The notes beneath the pieces were generated by a model. The model worked only from the letters and a program-made list of their open reading frames with translations. It was not told the DNA's origin and did not search any database. This document shows, piece by piece, positions 60,893-64,000 of a stretch of DNA of 64,000 bases. The number at the start of each line of letters is the position of its first letter. Position 1 is the first letter of the stretch. Origin of the DNA: Squalus acanthias (taxonomy: Eukaryota); assembly GCA_030390025.1 (NCBI GenBank), contig CM059431.1, forward strand, positions 95,854,001-95,918,000. The letters are read 5' to 3'. Position numbers and translations under genes: made by a program.

Positions 60893-61963
60893 CATAGAAT
60901 CATAGAATCATAGAAGATAGGAGCAGGAGTAGGCCATTCGGCCCCTCTAGCCTGCTCCGCCATTCAATGCGATCATGGCTGATCATCCAAATTCAGTACC
61001 CTGTCCCTGCTTTCTCCCCATATCCCTTGATCCCTTTAGCCTTAAGAAATCTATCCAACTCCTTCTTGAATCTATTTAATGAATTGGCCTCTACTGCCTT
61101 CTGTGGCAGAGAATTCCACAGGTTCACCACTCTCTGGGTGAAGAAATTCCTCCTCATTTCTGTCCTAAATGCCTTACCCCTTATCCTTAGACTGTGACCC
61201 CTGATTGTGGACTCCCCGACCATCGGGAACATCCTTCCTGCATCAAGTTTGTCCTATCCTGTCAGAATTTTATACGTTTCAATGAGATCCCCTCTCATTC
61301 TTCTAATCTCCAGCGAGTATAAGCCCAATCGACCCAATCTCTCTTCATACGTCATTCCTGCCATCCCAGGTATCAGCCTTGTGAATCTTCGCTGAACTCC
61401 TTCCATGGCAAGAACATCCTTCCTCAGATAAGGTGACCAAAACTGCACACAATACTCAAGGTGTGGTCTCACCAAGGCCCTGTACAACTGCAGCAAGACA
61501 TCCTTGTTCCTGTACTCAAACCCTCTCGCTATGAAGGCCAACATACCATTTGCCTTCTTAACCGCCTGCTGCACCTGCATGCTTACCTTCAGCGACTGGT
61601 GCACAAGGACACCCAGGTCTCGTTGCACTTCCCCTTCTCCCAATCTATTGCCATTCAGATAATAGTCTGCCTTTCTGTTTTTGACACCAAAGTGGATAAC
61701 CTCGCATTTATCCACGTTATATTGCATCTGCCACGCTTCTGCCCAATCACGCAACCTGTCCAAATCATCCTGGAGTTTCTCGGCATCCTCCTCGCAGCAC
61801 ACTCGCCCACCCAGTTTTGTGTCATCTGCAAACTTGGAGATATCACATCTAGTTCCCTTGTCTAGATCATTAATATATATTGTGAATAGCTGGGGTCCAA
61901 GGACCGATCCCTGCGGTACCCCACTAGTCACTGCCTGCCACTCGGAAAAAGACCCGTTTATTC
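60893..61963 (-). mobile_element. 5'-truncated CR1 LINE
   Basis: Minus-strand GVPQGSVLGP, KFADDTK, RPHLEYCVQFW, FFTQRVVNLWNSLP; (attctatg)n tail at 60893-60915. Confidence 0.92.
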
Positions 61964-62039
61964 CAACTGGAACCAGTGGAAAATCATTCAGGCCATAAAC
62001 CTGCCATGCTAAGCTCTGTGCTAGGAGCACAAGATCATA

Positions 62040-63380
62040 AATTTATTCCAGTGTTCTTCATTACAATATATATAATGGATATTAGTACCATGGAAAGGAC
62101 ATGGTACAGATTCACTAGAATGATCCCCTGAGTGAGTCAGGAGAAAGTGGTTCTAATAGAAGTTTTAAAAATTATGAAGGGTTTTGGAATGTAATTAGTA
62201 AAGGATTACTTCCATTGGTTGGTGAATCAGTCACAAGAAGACAATAATTATCATTAGAAGGGTGAAGGGAGTAGTTAGAAGAAATGTTTACACAGTTATT
62301 TGAATATCGAATGCTTTGCCACCATATTAATGACCTGGACTTGGGTATACAGGGCATAATTTCAAAGCTTGCAGATGATTCGAAATTTAGAAATGTTGTA
62401 AACAATGAAGCGGATAGTAACAGATTTCAGGAGGGCATAGACAGATGGTTGAAATGGGCACACACATGGCAGATGAAATTTAACGCAGAAGTGTGAAGTG
62501 ATACATTTTGGTAGGAAGAATGAGGAGAGGCAGTATAAACTAAATGGTACAAATTTAAAGGGGGTGCAAGAACAGAGAGACCTGGTGGTGTATGTTCACA
62601 AATCTTTGAAGGTGGCAGGACAAGTTGTGAAGGCTGTTAATAAAGCATACGGGATCTTTGGCTTTATTAATAGAGGAATAGAGTACAAAGGCAAGGAAGT
62701 TATGCTAAACCTTTATAAAAACACTGGTTAGGCCTCAGCTGGAGTATTGTGTACAATTCTGGGCACCACACTTTAGGAGAGGGTGCAGAAGAGATTTACT
62801 AGAATGGTACCAGGGATTAAGGACTTCATTTATGTGGAAAGACTGGAGAAGCTGGGGTTGTTCTCCTTAGTGCAGAGAAGGTTAAGGAGAGATTTGATAG
62901 AGGTGTTCAAAATCATGATAGAGTAAATAAAGAAAAACTGTTTCCAGTGGCAGAAGGGTCGGTAACCGGAGGACACAGATTTAAGGTGATTGGCAAAAGA
63001 ACCAGAGGCAACATGAGGAAACATGCTTTTAACACAGCAATTGGTTGTGATCTGGAATGCACTGCCTGAGAGTGGTGGAAGCAAATTCAATAGTAACATT
63101 CAAAAGAGAATTGGATAAATACTTGAAAGGCAAAAAACTTAAAGGGCTATGGGGAAAGAGCAGGGGAGTGGGATTAATTGGATGGCTCTCCCAAAGAGGC
63201 ACGATGGGCTGAATGACTTCCTTCTGTACTGTATCATTCTATTATTCTGTGATTCTAAGTGGCTATTGTGGCAGAGACTATAACATCATTTGAAAGGGAA
63301 TTGGATGAGTATTTGAAAAGAAAAAATGTAAAAGGATATGGGGAAAGGGCAAGGAAATGGGTTAGACTAGACAGCTCCTT
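62040..63380 (+). mobile_element. Stacked CR1 3' fragments (main piece about 62322-63257)
   Basis: INDLD..SKLADDSK, WQMKFN, IHFGRKN, RDLVVYVHKSLK, and CR1 3' tail with (attct)-type end. Confidence 0.85.
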
Positions 63381-63491
63381 TTAAAATGGGATTAGAATAG
63401 CCAGATCCAGTTAAAATGGGATTAGAGTAGACAGTTCCAGTTAAAATGTGATTAGAGTAGACAGCACCAGTTAAAATGGGATTAGAGTAGA
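63381..63491 (+). repeat. 30-bp minisatellite, about 3.7 copies, at a CR1 tail
   Basis: TTAAAATGGGATTAGAGTAGACAGTTCCAG units at 63381, 63411, 63441 and 63471. Confidence 0.9.
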
Positions 63492-64000
63492 TGGGCACAA
63501 AATTCCACAGCGCCACAAACACAACGCAATGGGGGAAGATGGGATCAGAAATAAGGGCAGGACGCAGTTACACAGACTCCCATCGTTTTCCCACCCATCG
63601 GAATATCTGGCAGTAGTGTGTTGCAGGCGCAATGCATGCCACCATGCGATTGAGAGAAATATGTCAGATGAAACATTTGCCACCATTTGTGCCTTAGCAA
63701 CACTGGGCAAATGGGATACCTGTGTGTATCTGGCATCTAAAAGATCGGTTTCACTACTGCTTTTGATTGAGCCCATCTAAAAATTTTGCCACAAATAGAG
63801 GGCACACCTGTTCTGTGGCAACGCACCACAGCAAAGTCCTTCCCCCTCCCCAGTGGCGTGGGCACCTGCTCAATATATTTAACTGCCTCTGACACTAGGA
63901 ACTGAGTCAAGTTCAGGGATGCAACGTCTAACCACATTAACCTTACACTGACAGAGCGGGAACAGAGGAGACTGGGGCCAAGAGCTCCTGTTGAAGAGCG

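Overview
Eukaryotic, repeat-saturated genomic DNA; the CR1, L2, Penelope and Harbinger families look like those of a cartilaginous fish (inference). No host protein-coding gene is supported. About 40 kb (11566-51700) is a 54-bp GC-rich tandem array of roughly 570 monomers. It runs directly into the 5' end of a full-length but decayed CR1 LINE (51701-58306) and appears to be a hugely expanded 5'UTR/promoter monomer of that LINE. Inside the array sits a near-intact 4.2-kb PIF/Harbinger transposon (18477-22708) with an intact DDE transposase and a convergent 3-exon Myb/SANT gene that has one G-homopolymer frameshift. Two different non-autonomous relatives are also present. All three independent insertions hit the same nucleotide of the monomer (ACAC[CAG/TAG]GAGCG) in the same orientation, and one MITE was then multiplied five-fold by higher-order array duplication. 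The Myb gene intron carries its own 4x54-bp repeat with partial similarity to the target monomer. The flanks are nested fossils: CR1/L2 LINEs, an Ingi/Vingi-like LINE, a Penelope-type tail with a minimal hammerhead ribozyme, several Harbinger-type MITEs and a second, defective Harbinger. The many long ORFs over the array are artefacts of the 18-codon period.
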